Positions 37,576 to 46,550 of a stretch of DNA of 64,000 nt are shown in pieces. The stretch is taken from positions 33,423 through 97,422 of the forward strand of contig JBGOUQ010000011.1 in assembly GCA_041477065.1 (NCBI GenBank), written 5' to 3'. The notes under the pieces were generated by a model that was not told the DNA's origin, searched no databases, and saw only the letters and a program-made list of their open reading frames with translations. Position 1 is the stretch's first letter. Each line of letters starts with the position of its first letter. A program made the position numbers and the translations under genes. Origin of the DNA: Gemmatimonadota bacterium (GTDB taxonomy: Bacteria > Gemmatimonadota > Gemmatimonadetes > Gemmatimonadales > GWC2-71-9).

Positions 37576-38667
37576 CTACGCCAGCGAGCGATAGCAGGCC
37601 AACACGGACTGTGCCATCGCCCGAGCCGTCAGGAACGGCGGAAAGGGGACAGGGGACGGGAGGGGGGGACGCAGCGCCCGGACCACCGTCGCGCCCAGTG
37701 CCGCGGAATCACCGATCGGCACCAGCCACTCGGCCGGTACGATCTCCGGTAGTCCCCCTGCCCGAGTCGCGACCACCGGTGTCCCCAACGCGAGCGCGTG
37801 CAGCACCACGCTGCCCAGGCCCTCCTCCTTCGATGACATCACGAACACGTTCCCCTCCCGGATCAGGGCGTCCGCTTCGGGGATGTACCCCAGCAGATGC
37901 ACGCGGTCCCCCAGGCCAAGCTCGGCGATCTCGCGCTCGAGGCTGGGACGCCGCTCGCCCTCCCCCGCGATGGCCCAGTGCAAGTCGGGAGCGCTCGCCC
38001 GGGCCCCCTGGGCGGCGTGGATCAACGTGCGGTGGTCTTTGTGATCCACGAGCGCCGCGACGTTCACGGCGAGGGGCGTGCCCTCGGCGAGACCGAGGCG
38101 GCGGCGGACGTCGAGGGGAGCGGCGGCGGCTCGGCGGACTTCGTGCGGATCGATGCCGTCGCGGACGACGGTGATGTCCAGCGGGCTCATCCCGTCGGCG
38201 ACGAGGACGGCCTTCACCGCTTCGGAGACGGCGATGATGCGATCGGCGCGGAACCAGCTGCCGCGGCGCTTCACGTGAAAATCGACGCGGCGGTGCGCCA
38301 GGACTGCCGGCGGTGGCAGGTCGGGGCGCAGCCAGGCGAGGGACCTGCGGGCGAGGAGCGCGAGCGCGAGCGCGTGACTGTCGTGGGCATGAATGATGTC
38401 GGGGCGATAGCCGGTGATGAGGCCCCCCAGCCGCCAGGCGGCACGGGGGTCGAGTCCCAAGCCCCAGGGGACTTCCAGCACGCGGACCTGCTCGACCGCC
38501 GCCCGTCGGGCCAGCTCGCTGCCGCGCTTGGTGACGAGTCGCTGCGCGACGCCCGGCTCACGGACCAGCTCGCGGGCGAGCAAGCGGACCTGATTCTGGC
38601 CGCCCCGCCATTCGCGGCCCGAATCGACCTGAATGATGCGCAGGGGGGGGGGCAGGGTAGCGGTCAG
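37576..38667 (-). CDS. GT4 glycosyltransferase
   Basis: RIIQVDSGREWRGGQNQV N-terminus (needs a CTG start); HAHDSHA; HRRVDF; SSKEEGLG...ATRAGGLPE. Confidence 0.9.
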   Translation of the reverse strand: MTATLPPPLRIIQVDSGREWRGGQNQVRLLARELVREPGVAQRLVTKRGSELARRAAVEQVRVLEVPWGLGLDPRAAWRLGGLITGYRPDIIHAHDSHALALALLARRSLAWLRPDLPPPAVLAHRRVDFHVKRRGSWFRADRIIAVSEAVKAVLVADGMSPLDITVVRDGIDPHEVRRAAAAPLDVRRRLGLAEGTPLAVNVAALVDHKDHRTLIHAAQGARASAPDLHWAIAGEGERRPSLEREIAELGLGDRVHLLGYIPEADALIREGNVFVMSSKEEGLGSVVLHALALGTPVVATRAGGLPEIVPAEWLVPIGDSAALGATVVRALRPPLPSPVPFPPFLTARAMAQSVLACYRSLA

Positions 38668-40616
38668 CTGGCGCGTGTAACGCGGCCGAGCACGCTGCGC
38701 AGCTCGGCGAGGGTGAACGGCTTGTGGAGGTAGGGTCGGCCGAGACTCTCGAGGAATTGCAGCGTGTCGCCGCGCACCGTGTCGCCGGTGGCGAAGATGA
38801 TCCGCGCGGCCACGCCCGGGTGCATCAGGGTGAGGTTCTGGAACATCTCGCGGCCGCCGAGGCGCGGCATGCGGAGATCGCAGATGATCACGTCGAACGG
38901 TTTGGTGAGGGCGCGCTTCAGCGCTTGACTGCCGTCTTCCGCGACTTCGACGTCGTGACCCCAGCTCTCGAGCGTTGCCCGCATGTAGTGGAGGATGTGG
39001 GGCTCATCGTCCACGATGAGGATGCGCAGGGCCGTTGTGGTTTCGGCCGACGCCGGGACCTCCTCGGGCTTGGAGTGGCGAGAGGCGCCGGGAAGCTCGA
39101 CGGTGAAAGTCGCTCCGGCCCCGGGACTGGAGTCGAGGGTGATCCGGCCGCCGTGCTCCTTCACGATGCCCTGGCAGATCGAGAGCCCGAGGCCCGTGCC
39201 CTCCCCCTCCGCCTTGGTCGTGAAAAACGGCTCGAACACTCGGGCCGCGATCTCGTCGGGGATCCCAGGCCCGTCGTCGGAGACGCTCACCGCCACACCA
39301 TCCAGCCACTTGCGGGCGGTGACCCAGATGCGGCCGCTCTTGCCGGTTCCGCCGATCGCCTGGGCGGCGTTGTTCACGAGGTTCACGAACACCTGGGTGA
39401 TCTGGTTGGGATTCATGTCGACCTCGGGCACCCCCGGCTCGACGTCGAGGGTGGCCTCGACCTTCAGGGCCATCAGCTGGTTTCCAAGCAGCGCCAGGGT
39501 CGACTCGAGCAGCGGCGCGACGGCGTGGCGCCGCCGCTCGGCCTCCTGCTTGCGAGCGAAGTTGAGCAGGTTCTTCACGATGTTCGCCGCCCGCTCCGCC
39601 TCCTGGCGGATCACCTGGAGCGGCTCCGCCAGATTGGCCGGCACTTCTCCGGCTTCGGACAGGAAGTCGCTGAAGCCGACGACGGAGGCGAGGGGGTTGT
39701 TCAGGTCGTGGGCGACCCCGGCGATCAGTTGACCGATCGCCGACATTTTCTCAGACTGTATCAACTGGGCCTGCAGCCGGCGCTTGTCGGTCTGGTCCTC
39801 GAACAGCAAGACGGCCGCGCCGGCCTCGTCTCCGGCGATCGGCACGGCGCTGACGAGAAACACCCGATCTCCGGAGCGGACTTCGGCCGGCGTGGAGCCA
39901 GGCTCGCTCAGGGCACGGGCGACCACTTCGGTCCAGGCCGTCGGCAATAGGCCCATCCAGGGTCGTCCCCGGAGCGCCGTGACGGGCACCCGGATCAGCT
40001 CGGCGAACACCCGGTTCGCGCGCCGCACCACGCCCTGCGCGTTGACGATGCAGATCGCCTGGGTGATCGCGTCGACGGTGAGCTCCCACTCGCGTTTGCC
40101 GCTCGAGAGGAGCTCGACGAGCCGCCCGTTCTCCAGCGCGATCGCCCCCTGGGCCGCGATCGCCTTCACGAACTCGAGCTCGGGAGGCCCGTACACCCCG
40201 GCCCGCTTCCCGGCGATCGAGACGGCGCCGATGGTGCGCCCCATGGCGGCGACCGGCGCGCCGAGCCAGGAGGGGGGTGGGTCCACCAGGGTGACGCCGA
40301 GCTTGGCGGCGCCGGCGGCCACATCCCGCGGAAAGACGACCGGACCGCTCCGCAAGGCGAGCTGGAGCAGCGGGTCGTCCGTACTGACGGCCGCAGATTC
40401 GCTATCGTATGGGACGACGAGCTGATTGGCGTCGATGTCCAGCAGGACGATGGACAGCCGGGCGGGGGCCAGGCTATCGGTGAGGGCCCGCGCCAGGATC
40501 TCGACGACGGTCGCCGGGCGGTAGGCGCCCGCAAGCTCCTGGGAGAGCGACGTGAGGCGTCCCAGGACCTCCGTCGCCCCCTGCGGGGTAGGTCGTCTAA
40601 CTGGAGGCTTGCTCAT
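38664..40616 (-). CDS. Hybrid sensor histidine kinase (GAF-PAS-HisKA-HATPase-REC)
   Basis: QLIQSEKMSAIG..AHDLNNP, DDGPGI, FEPFFTTK, GTGLGL, ILIVDDE, DLRMP, KPF. Confidence 0.93.
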   Translation of the reverse strand: MSKPPVRRPTPQGATEVLGRLTSLSQELAGAYRPATVVEILARALTDSLAPARLSIVLLDIDANQLVVPYDSESAAVSTDDPLLQLALRSGPVVFPRDVAAGAAKLGVTLVDPPPSWLGAPVAAMGRTIGAVSIAGKRAGVYGPPELEFVKAIAAQGAIALENGRLVELLSSGKREWELTVDAITQAICIVNAQGVVRRANRVFAELIRVPVTALRGRPWMGLLPTAWTEVVARALSEPGSTPAEVRSGDRVFLVSAVPIAGDEAGAAVLLFEDQTDKRRLQAQLIQSEKMSAIGQLIAGVAHDLNNPLASVVGFSDFLSEAGEVPANLAEPLQVIRQEAERAANIVKNLLNFARKQEAERRRHAVAPLLESTLALLGNQLMALKVEATLDVEPGVPEVDMNPNQITQVFVNLVNNAAQAIGGTGKSGRIWVTARKWLDGVAVSVSDDGPGIPDEIAARVFEPFFTTKAEGEGTGLGLSICQGIVKEHGGRITLDSSPGAGATFTVELPGASRHSKPEEVPASAETTTALRILIVDDEPHILHYMRATLESWGHDVEVAEDGSQALKRALTKPFDVIICDLRMPRLGGREMFQNLTLMHPGVAARIIFATGDTVRGDTLQFLESLGRPYLHKPFTLAELRSVLGRVTRAS

Positions 40617-41358
40617 GATCCTCGCGAACCTGCGCGGCCGACTGCGCGGCGCCGACTTTCGGGTGATCGTTGTGGCTCTCGCGCGTGGAGACCCGTCGGC
40701 CGCCGCCCGGTTCGAGCGCCGTCTCGAAACCGAAGGACCGGACGCGCTGCTCGACGAACCACGCCTCCTCGAGGCACTCCTCGTGGTGCGTTCCCTGATC
40801 GTCCCTTCCCCGCCGCTCTTCGCCTACGTCGCGGTGCGGCACACCCTCCTCACCGCCGGTGTGGACGACCGCGACCTGGCCGACTACCTCGCCGCCCTGC
40901 TGCTCGAATTCGGCCAGGGGAGCCGCCACACCCGGATCGGGACAGGCGGGACGGGAGCGGGGGGTGGGGGCGGGGCCGGCTCCACCGACCAAACCTACAG
41001 TTATCTCGTGGATATCGTCAGCGACCTGTCCACTGAGGAGGAGACTGGGGAGCGGGGCTTTCTGCTGCAGGCGCATCTAGGGAACTACAGCCTGTGGCTC
41101 GCGGGGTTGTTTCCGGACTACATCGCCGCCCGGCGGTTGCGGGCAGGGGGTCCCGACCTCCCCTACTACGACGAGCTGGGACGGCAGGGGTACACCCTCG
41201 CCTCGCGCCACACGCTGGCCGCGCGCTTCGGCGTGGCCGGAATCTACCGCGCCGCCGCCGAGCGGTTTCCGGCGCTGCGGGCTGCCTTCAACCGCTTGAG
41301 CGACCGCGTGTTCTTCCCGAACGTGTACACGGCCGACAAGGTGCTGCGTAGCCTCTGA
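40615..41358 (+). CDS. Conserved hypothetical helical protein
   Basis: GGAGG RBS before ATG 40615; LADYLAALL, HLGNYSLWLAGLFPD, YYDELGRQGY. Confidence 0.8.
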   Translation: MILANLRGRLRGADFRVIVVALARGDPSAAARFERRLETEGPDALLDEPRLLEALLVVRSLIVPSPPLFAYVAVRHTLLTAGVDDRDLADYLAALLLEFGQGSRHTRIGTGGTGAGGGGGAGSTDQTYSYLVDIVSDLSTEEETGERGFLLQAHLGNYSLWLAGLFPDYIAARRLRAGGPDLPYYDELGRQGYTLASRHTLAARFGVAGIYRAAAERFPALRAAFNRLSDRVFFPNVYTADKVLRSL

Positions 41359-41781
41359 TCATTCGTCCAGAAAACGCGTGGGGATCTGTGTGGCCGCCTC
41401 CACCAGGGCCTCCGCCGACCTCACGAATCGCACCACGATCGGCAGCGAGCCCTTGAGGGCGAGCTTGCGCTGCATAATGGCGGCGATGGGGCCAAGCTCC
41501 TTGCGGATGATCTGCCGCCAGCGCTCGTAGTCGGCGGTGAGCACGAAGCTCGCGCCGCCGGCCTCCTCTGGTCCGACCACCTTTGCCGCTCGGCACGCCC
41601 CACGATCGAGGTCGAGCCAGATCCCCACCGGCGCCGGGACGCCGATCTCCGGCTGCGCGTTCACGACCAGCGCCACACAACCGTGCGTCCATTCGACCGA
41701 GGCGGCGCGGTAACTCTCGCTCGCGTTGATCGCCGCGCCGTAGGCGGCCACCCATTCGGCGGAGGGGAAGTCGAGGCTCAT
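41359..41781 (-). CDS. SCP2 sterol/lipid-binding domain protein
   Basis: FPSAEW..AINASESY, ADYERW, AIMQRKLALKG. Confidence 0.8.
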   Translation of the reverse strand: MSLDFPSAEWVAAYGAAINASESYRAASVEWTHGCVALVVNAQPEIGVPAPVGIWLDLDRGACRAAKVVGPEEAGGASFVLTADYERWRQIIRKELGPIAAIMQRKLALKGSLPIVVRFVRSAEALVEAATQIPTRFLDE

Positions 41782-42476
41782 CGCACCGCCCGGGCGAAAC
41801 CATCGAACAGGGCGGTCTCGGTAAGGTCCTCCGGATGCCACTGCACGGCGAGCATCCACGGAGGGCCAGGGTCCGTAAACTCGACGGCCTCGACCACGCC
41901 GTCCTCGGCCCACGCCGTCGCCCGCAGGCCTGGCGCCAGGTCGCGCACCGCCTGATGGTGGCGGCTGTTCACGGTCACGGTCTCGGCGCCGAGGGTCCGG
42001 CGCAGCAGCGAATCCGGGGCCACGCGAATCGGGTGGCAGGCCGTCTTGTCCTGGTGGCCGATCGGTCCGGGGCGCTCGCTCGCCAGGTCCTGATACAGCG
42101 TGCCGCCGAGCGCGACGTTGAGGATCTGGATGCCGCGGCAGATCGCCAGAATGGGGCGATGCCGCTCGCGGGCGGCGTGAACCAGCGCGATCTCCACGGC
42201 GTCGCGAGCGGGGTCGATCGCCTCGAGCCGGGGATGTGGGGCGGCGCGGTAGCGCGCGGGATCCACGTCCTCGCCGCCTGTGAGCACGAGCCCGAAGGTG
42301 GCTTCCATCACCGCCGCCACGGCGCCCGGAGAGGGGGGGGGGTCGATCAGCGGCGGAACGACGAGGGGGATCAGGCCGGCGCGCGTCAGCGCGTCGACGT
42401 AGGCCGTGTTGAGAGCGACCCGCTCGCGCCCGGCGTCAGTGCGGCGCGGGGCGGAAACGGCGACGATCGGCCTCAC
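41778..42476 (-). CDS. Gamma-glutamyl-gamma-aminobutyrate hydrolase family (peptidase C26)
   Basis: LTGGEDVDP, AICRGIQ (catalytic Cys), VNSRHHQAV, VQWHPE. Confidence 0.92.
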   Translation of the reverse strand: MRPIVAVSAPRRTDAGRERVALNTAYVDALTRAGLIPLVVPPLIDPPPSPGAVAAVMEATFGLVLTGGEDVDPARYRAAPHPRLEAIDPARDAVEIALVHAARERHRPILAICRGIQILNVALGGTLYQDLASERPGPIGHQDKTACHPIRVAPDSLLRRTLGAETVTVNSRHHQAVRDLAPGLRATAWAEDGVVEAVEFTDPGPPWMLAVQWHPEDLTETALFDGFARAVR

Positions 42477-43003
42477 GGTTTCTTGGCGGATGCAGCGGTG
42501 CCCAGCAACGGGCAGCGGGGGTTGCTCGTGCCGGCCCAGTTCACGCGCACGCCGTAGACCGGGATCAGGGCTCCCGCGCCCTCCATGGTCCCCACCCGGG
42601 GGTAGTCCGCGGGCGGGCGGCGCGTCTGGTAGACGATGATGCCCATCGCGCGCTCCGACGTGTCGTCCACGACGAGGATGCCGTAGCTCATGGTGTCGTT
42701 CACGTAGCGCGCCGGGAAGTCCGGCCCCCGGTAGCTGAGCACCAGCTGGCCGCCAGCGCTCCGGTCGGAATAGCCGACCTGGACATCGCTCTGCTGCGAG
42801 TCGCCGACGATGCGGACCGGCAGCAGGCCAGGCAGCCCGCGCGGCGCATCGGTGAGGAAGGCGTGGGCGCGCAGCCGGTCCTGGATGATGGAAGGCCCGA
42901 CTGCCTGAGCGAGGCCGCACAGCGGCGAGCGACCGCGGTCGCCGCCGCAGGCGAGCACGGACGACGCGGCCAGCGTGGCGAGGCAAGCAAGTGCGCGGCG
43001 CAT
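42473..43003 (-). CDS. Hypothetical lipoprotein
   Basis: MRRALACL...VLAC lipobox; stop overlaps the next start. Confidence 0.75.
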   Translation of the reverse strand: MRRALACLATLAASSVLACGGDRGRSPLCGLAQAVGPSIIQDRLRAHAFLTDAPRGLPGLLPVRIVGDSQQSDVQVGYSDRSAGGQLVLSYRGPDFPARYVNDTMSYGILVVDDTSERAMGIIVYQTRRPPADYPRVGTMEGAGALIPVYGVRVNWAGTSNPRCPLLGTAASAKKP

Positions 43004-43013
43004 TGCGGGGAAT

Positions 43014-45212
43014 CTAATAGCGATAAACAAGCGTGGCGGAGATGTTGCGCACCGGCTCCAGCGTGCGGGGCGCGTAGCTGTAGAGATAATTGAGCGCGTT
43101 CGCGACGAGCACCCGTACGCTTGCCGGGCCGTGGTTCCAGGCCGCGCGGAGGTTGAGTACTCTGGCGGCGACGCGTGGGTCGGTGAGCGGAGCGAGCTCC
43201 ACCCGCTCGAACCGGCTCGCGTAACGGAACTCGGCGCCGACGACGAGCTCCCCCAAGGCGTAGTCGGCGCCCATGGTCAGCAGGTGGCGCGGGCGGAAGG
43301 CGAGAGGCTGTTGTGGCACGCCGTCGTGGGCGAGCTGACGGGCGTGGAGAAAGGTGTAGCTGAGGGTGGTCGTGAGTCGCGGCGTCAGCGGGCTCGCGAC
43401 CACCGCGAGATCGAGTCCGGCGAGCCGGGCGCGGGTCACGTTCTTGAACTGAATCTCGATCAGCTGGAGGTTCACGCTGGGCTCGATCAGCTTGCTTGCT
43501 TCGGTCCAGAAGACGGCGGCGTCGATGCGGACGGCGCTCCCGATCGGCCGGGCGTGGCCTACCTCGAAGGTCCACGCCTGCTCGGGCTGCAGGTTGGGGT
43601 TTGGGACCACCGTGAATCCACTCACGGTGGTCGACACGAACCGCTCCGCGAGCGACGGAGCCCGGAAGCCGCGGCCGACCGACGCCCGCCAGATGCCAGA
43701 GCCGGTCGGGAGGACCGCGCCGATGCGCGGGCTGACGACGGCGGTGAGGGCGCCGCCGTCGATCGCGAGGAAGTCGATGCGGGCGCCGGTCGTGAGCTGC
43801 GCCTTCCCGAGTGGCCGCTCGCCTTCGCCGTATGCGGCGTATTCGGCCTGGCGGTGGGAGCCGAAGATGTCGCTGGCGATGTCCGAGAGACCGGCTTCAG
43901 CGCCGACCGTCACGACGCCGTCGCCGGGGGGCCGAAACTCCCCGCGCAGCTCGCCGCCGTAGCGGTCGGCGACACCGAAATCGTCGCCACTCTTGGGCTG
44001 GATGTCGGTGAACCGCGTGTGCAGCCACGACGCCCGGGCCTGCCAGCGCAGACGCTCGCTGGGCGTGCCCGCGAGGACAGCGGTGAGGTACCCCTTGTCC
44101 GAGCGGGTCCGGTTGCCGAGGGACGCCGTGTCGATCTTGAACGGCTGGTAGGCCTGGCCGCGGTCGTCGCAGGTGCCCCGCTCGCACCAGGCGAGCGGCA
44201 CCTGGTACTGATCGCTCGCCCAGGAGCCGGAAACGGTGAGACGGGTGTTCGGGCTCTCCTGCCAATCGCCCCTTCCCGCCAACTGCCAGTGGTCGCGGCG
44301 GTCTTGCTGGCGGTAGCCGTCGGAATGGTAGCCGCCCACGGTGACGGCGCCGCGCAGGTCGTCCGTTCCGTAGCTCGACGTGAGATCGGCGCCGCCGTGG
44401 GTGCCCGTGAAATCGCGGAACTGCCATTCGGGGTGGGGGGGGTCGGCATAGGAGCCGCCGGTGGCGCGGAGGCGGGCGTGGAAGCCGAAGGGAATCTCGC
44501 GGGTGATGAGGTTCACCACGCCGCCCAGGGCCGCGGAGCCGTACAGTGCCGAGCCCGCGCCCTTGACCACCTCGATCCGCTCGACGTCGTCCACCGGGAG
44601 CAGGTCCCAGTTAATGCCGCCGCGGTCCCCCTGGTTGGCGGGGACGCCGTCCACGAGGAGCAGCACGCGGCTGCCGAGGCCCTGCACGAAGCCGCTCGAG
44701 CCGCGGATGTTGATCTGCCCATTCAGGAACTGGACGCCGGGCGCCTTGTCCACGGCTTCGTCGATGCCGGTGACGGCGCGACTGGCGATGTCGGAGTCGG
44801 ACATCAGCGCGACGCTGGGAACGACCTCTTCGAGACTCTGTGGGCGCTTGGCGGCGGTCGTGACGATGGGCGAGAGCATCAGCGGCCTGCAGTCGAAGCA
44901 ATCGACGATCGCCCCCACGCGCAGCGTGAAATCCTGGCGGATGGAGTCTCCCGCGGCGAGGGCCCGCGCAGCTGAGGCCGCCGTGTAGCCGAGGGCGACG
45001 ACGCGGAGAACGATCCGACCCGCGGGGATCCGCTCGATCCGGTAGCCGCCGTGCGGATCCGCCGTCGTGCGCAGCCCCGTGCCGACGACGGCTACGGCCG
45101 CATTTGTGACGGGGTGACCAGCAGCATCCCGCACAGTCCCGTACACAACTCCCGTCTCCTGCGCTGCGAGCGAGGCGGCCAGCGCCAGCGGGGCAGCCAG
45201 CAGGATCCTCAC
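43014..45212 (-). CDS. TonB-dependent receptor with N-terminal carboxypeptidase-regulatory-like domain
   Basis: NIRGS, LLLVDGVP, ERIEVVKGAGSALYGSAALGGVVNLIT, GFRAPSL, NPNLQPEQ; GTG 45212. Confidence 0.93.
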   Translation of the reverse strand: MRILLAAPLALAASLAAQETGVVYGTVRDAAGHPVTNAAVAVVGTGLRTTADPHGGYRIERIPAGRIVLRVVALGYTAASAARALAAGDSIRQDFTLRVGAIVDCFDCRPLMLSPIVTTAAKRPQSLEEVVPSVALMSDSDIASRAVTGIDEAVDKAPGVQFLNGQINIRGSSGFVQGLGSRVLLLVDGVPANQGDRGGINWDLLPVDDVERIEVVKGAGSALYGSAALGGVVNLITREIPFGFHARLRATGGSYADPPHPEWQFRDFTGTHGGADLTSSYGTDDLRGAVTVGGYHSDGYRQQDRRDHWQLAGRGDWQESPNTRLTVSGSWASDQYQVPLAWCERGTCDDRGQAYQPFKIDTASLGNRTRSDKGYLTAVLAGTPSERLRWQARASWLHTRFTDIQPKSGDDFGVADRYGGELRGEFRPPGDGVVTVGAEAGLSDIASDIFGSHRQAEYAAYGEGERPLGKAQLTTGARIDFLAIDGGALTAVVSPRIGAVLPTGSGIWRASVGRGFRAPSLAERFVSTTVSGFTVVPNPNLQPEQAWTFEVGHARPIGSAVRIDAAVFWTEASKLIEPSVNLQLIEIQFKNVTRARLAGLDLAVVASPLTPRLTTTLSYTFLHARQLAHDGVPQQPLAFRPRHLLTMGADYALGELVVGAEFRYASRFERVELAPLTDPRVAARVLNLRAAWNHGPASVRVLVANALNYLYSYAPRTLEPVRNISATLVYRY

Positions 45213-45727
45213 GGCCTCACCGCCGCCGGGAAGTAGAACGAGATCGGATGCATTTTCGTGAAGTCCACCACGATGTTTATCGAATCCGTCCCGGCGCCGT
45301 TCACCACGACCACACCGGCCTTCGACGTGTCCGCCTTGTCCCGGTAGTACCCGGCCTCGCGCAGCAGCGAGTCGGCGTTGGAGAAGTCGATGGCGAAGCT
45401 GCCCACCTTCTTCCATACGGCGACCAACCATTCATAGCGGCCATTGGGGATGGCGAGCGTATAGAAGTAGGTGGAGTCGCTCGTGGGGATCGAGGGCGGC
45501 GGCAGCGGCACGAACAGGAACAGGTCGTTCCGGCTCTTGGGGAAGGCGGGGTAGGCGACGATGAAGACCGCGTCGGTCGAGTCCGGCAGGGTGCCGTGCA
45601 AGCGCACGGTCCCGCAGATACCCACGAATGACGTGGGGCAGGAGGATGGGGCCCGGACCGGCTGCAGCCCCTCGTTGCAGGCGAGCGCGGCGCACGCGAC
45701 GGCTACCAGGGGCACGACGGGGCGCAT
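45209..45727 (-). CDS. Hypothetical lipoprotein
   Basis: MRPVVPLVAVACAALAC lipobox; beta-rich; coupled to the receptor start. Confidence 0.78.
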   Translation of the reverse strand: MRPVVPLVAVACAALACNEGLQPVRAPSSCPTSFVGICGTVRLHGTLPDSTDAVFIVAYPAFPKSRNDLFLFVPLPPPSIPTSDSTYFYTLAIPNGRYEWLVAVWKKVGSFAIDFSNADSLLREAGYYRDKADTSKAGVVVVNGAGTDSINIVVDFTKMHPISFYFPAAVRP

Positions 45728-45763
45728 GCCAGCAAACTCGGGTCCGGGCGGCCAGTCGTCAAC

Positions 45764-45793
45764 TTGACCGCCGTTTCCGCCGGGCAGTACCTT
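45764..45793 (+). promoter_or_regulatory. Sigma70-type promoter for the zinc-ribbon operon
   Basis: TTGACC-N18-TACCTT, 10 nt before ATG 45804. Confidence 0.55.
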
Positions 45794-45803
45794 CCTTCCG
45801 CCT

Positions 45804-45968
45804 ATGCCCATCTACGAGTATCGCTGCACCAAGTGCCGCAAGCGTTTCAGCGAACAGCAGCCGATCAGCGCGCACGGCCGGCGCCGCCCCGCCTGCCCGA
45901 GCTGCAAGTCCAAAGCGGTGGAGCCGGTGCTCTCGACGTTTTTCGCCAAGACGATCCGGAAGAGCTGA
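45804..45968 (+). CDS. FmdB-family zinc ribbon protein (54 aa, absent from ORF track)
   Basis: MPIYEYRCTKC...ACPSCKS...LSTF. Confidence 0.92.
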   Translation: MPIYEYRCTKCRKRFSEQQPISAHGRRRPACPSCKSKAVEPVLSTFFAKTIRKS

Positions 45969-45977
45969 CGGCCGACC

Positions 45978-46547
45978 ATGTTCGAGCGCCTGCGGGACGC
46001 GTTGCGGGCCGCGCTGGATGCGGCGACGCCCCCGGGAGACCTGCGGGACCTGGCGCGCCAGATGCGTGAGGCGGTGGTGGACGCCAAGGTCGCGGTGCAG
46101 GAGATGCGTCAGGCACTGACGCGCACCGAGGTCGGGCTCACGGCCGAGCGGCAGCGCCTGGCGGACGCGGAGCGGCGCGGCCGTCTGGCGGGCGAGATCC
46201 AGGACGCGGAGACGGTGGACGTCGCTCAGCGATTCACCGCCAAGCACCGCGAGCACGTGGCGGTGCTGGAGCGCAAGCTCGTGGCTCAGAAAGACGAGCT
46301 GGCCCTCGCCGAGCGGGAGCTCAGCGAGATGCAGGCCCAGCTGCGGGCGGCCGAGCCGGCCCGGCCGCAGGCGAGCGCCGAGCGCAGTACCGAGCAGGCG
46401 TGGCGCGATCTGCAAGAGGCGGGGGGCGCGCGTCCCGGCATGGATTTACGGGACGAGCTGCTCAAGTCGGAGATGGACCGCTCGGCGCGCGAGGCCGCGG
46501 CCGAGAAGCAGCTCGAGGAGATCAAGAAGAAACTGCGAAAGGACTGA
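45978..46547 (+). CDS. PspA/IM30-like coiled-coil protein
   Basis: MFERLRDALRA amphipathic start; long coiled coils; QLEEIKKKL end. Confidence 0.7.
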   Translation: MFERLRDALRAALDAATPPGDLRDLARQMREAVVDAKVAVQEMRQALTRTEVGLTAERQRLADAERRGRLAGEIQDAETVDVAQRFTAKHREHVAVLERKLVAQKDELALAERELSEMQAQLRAAEPARPQASAERSTEQAWRDLQEAGGARPGMDLRDELLKSEMDRSAREAAAEKQLEEIKKKLRKD

Positions 46548-46550
46548 CGC

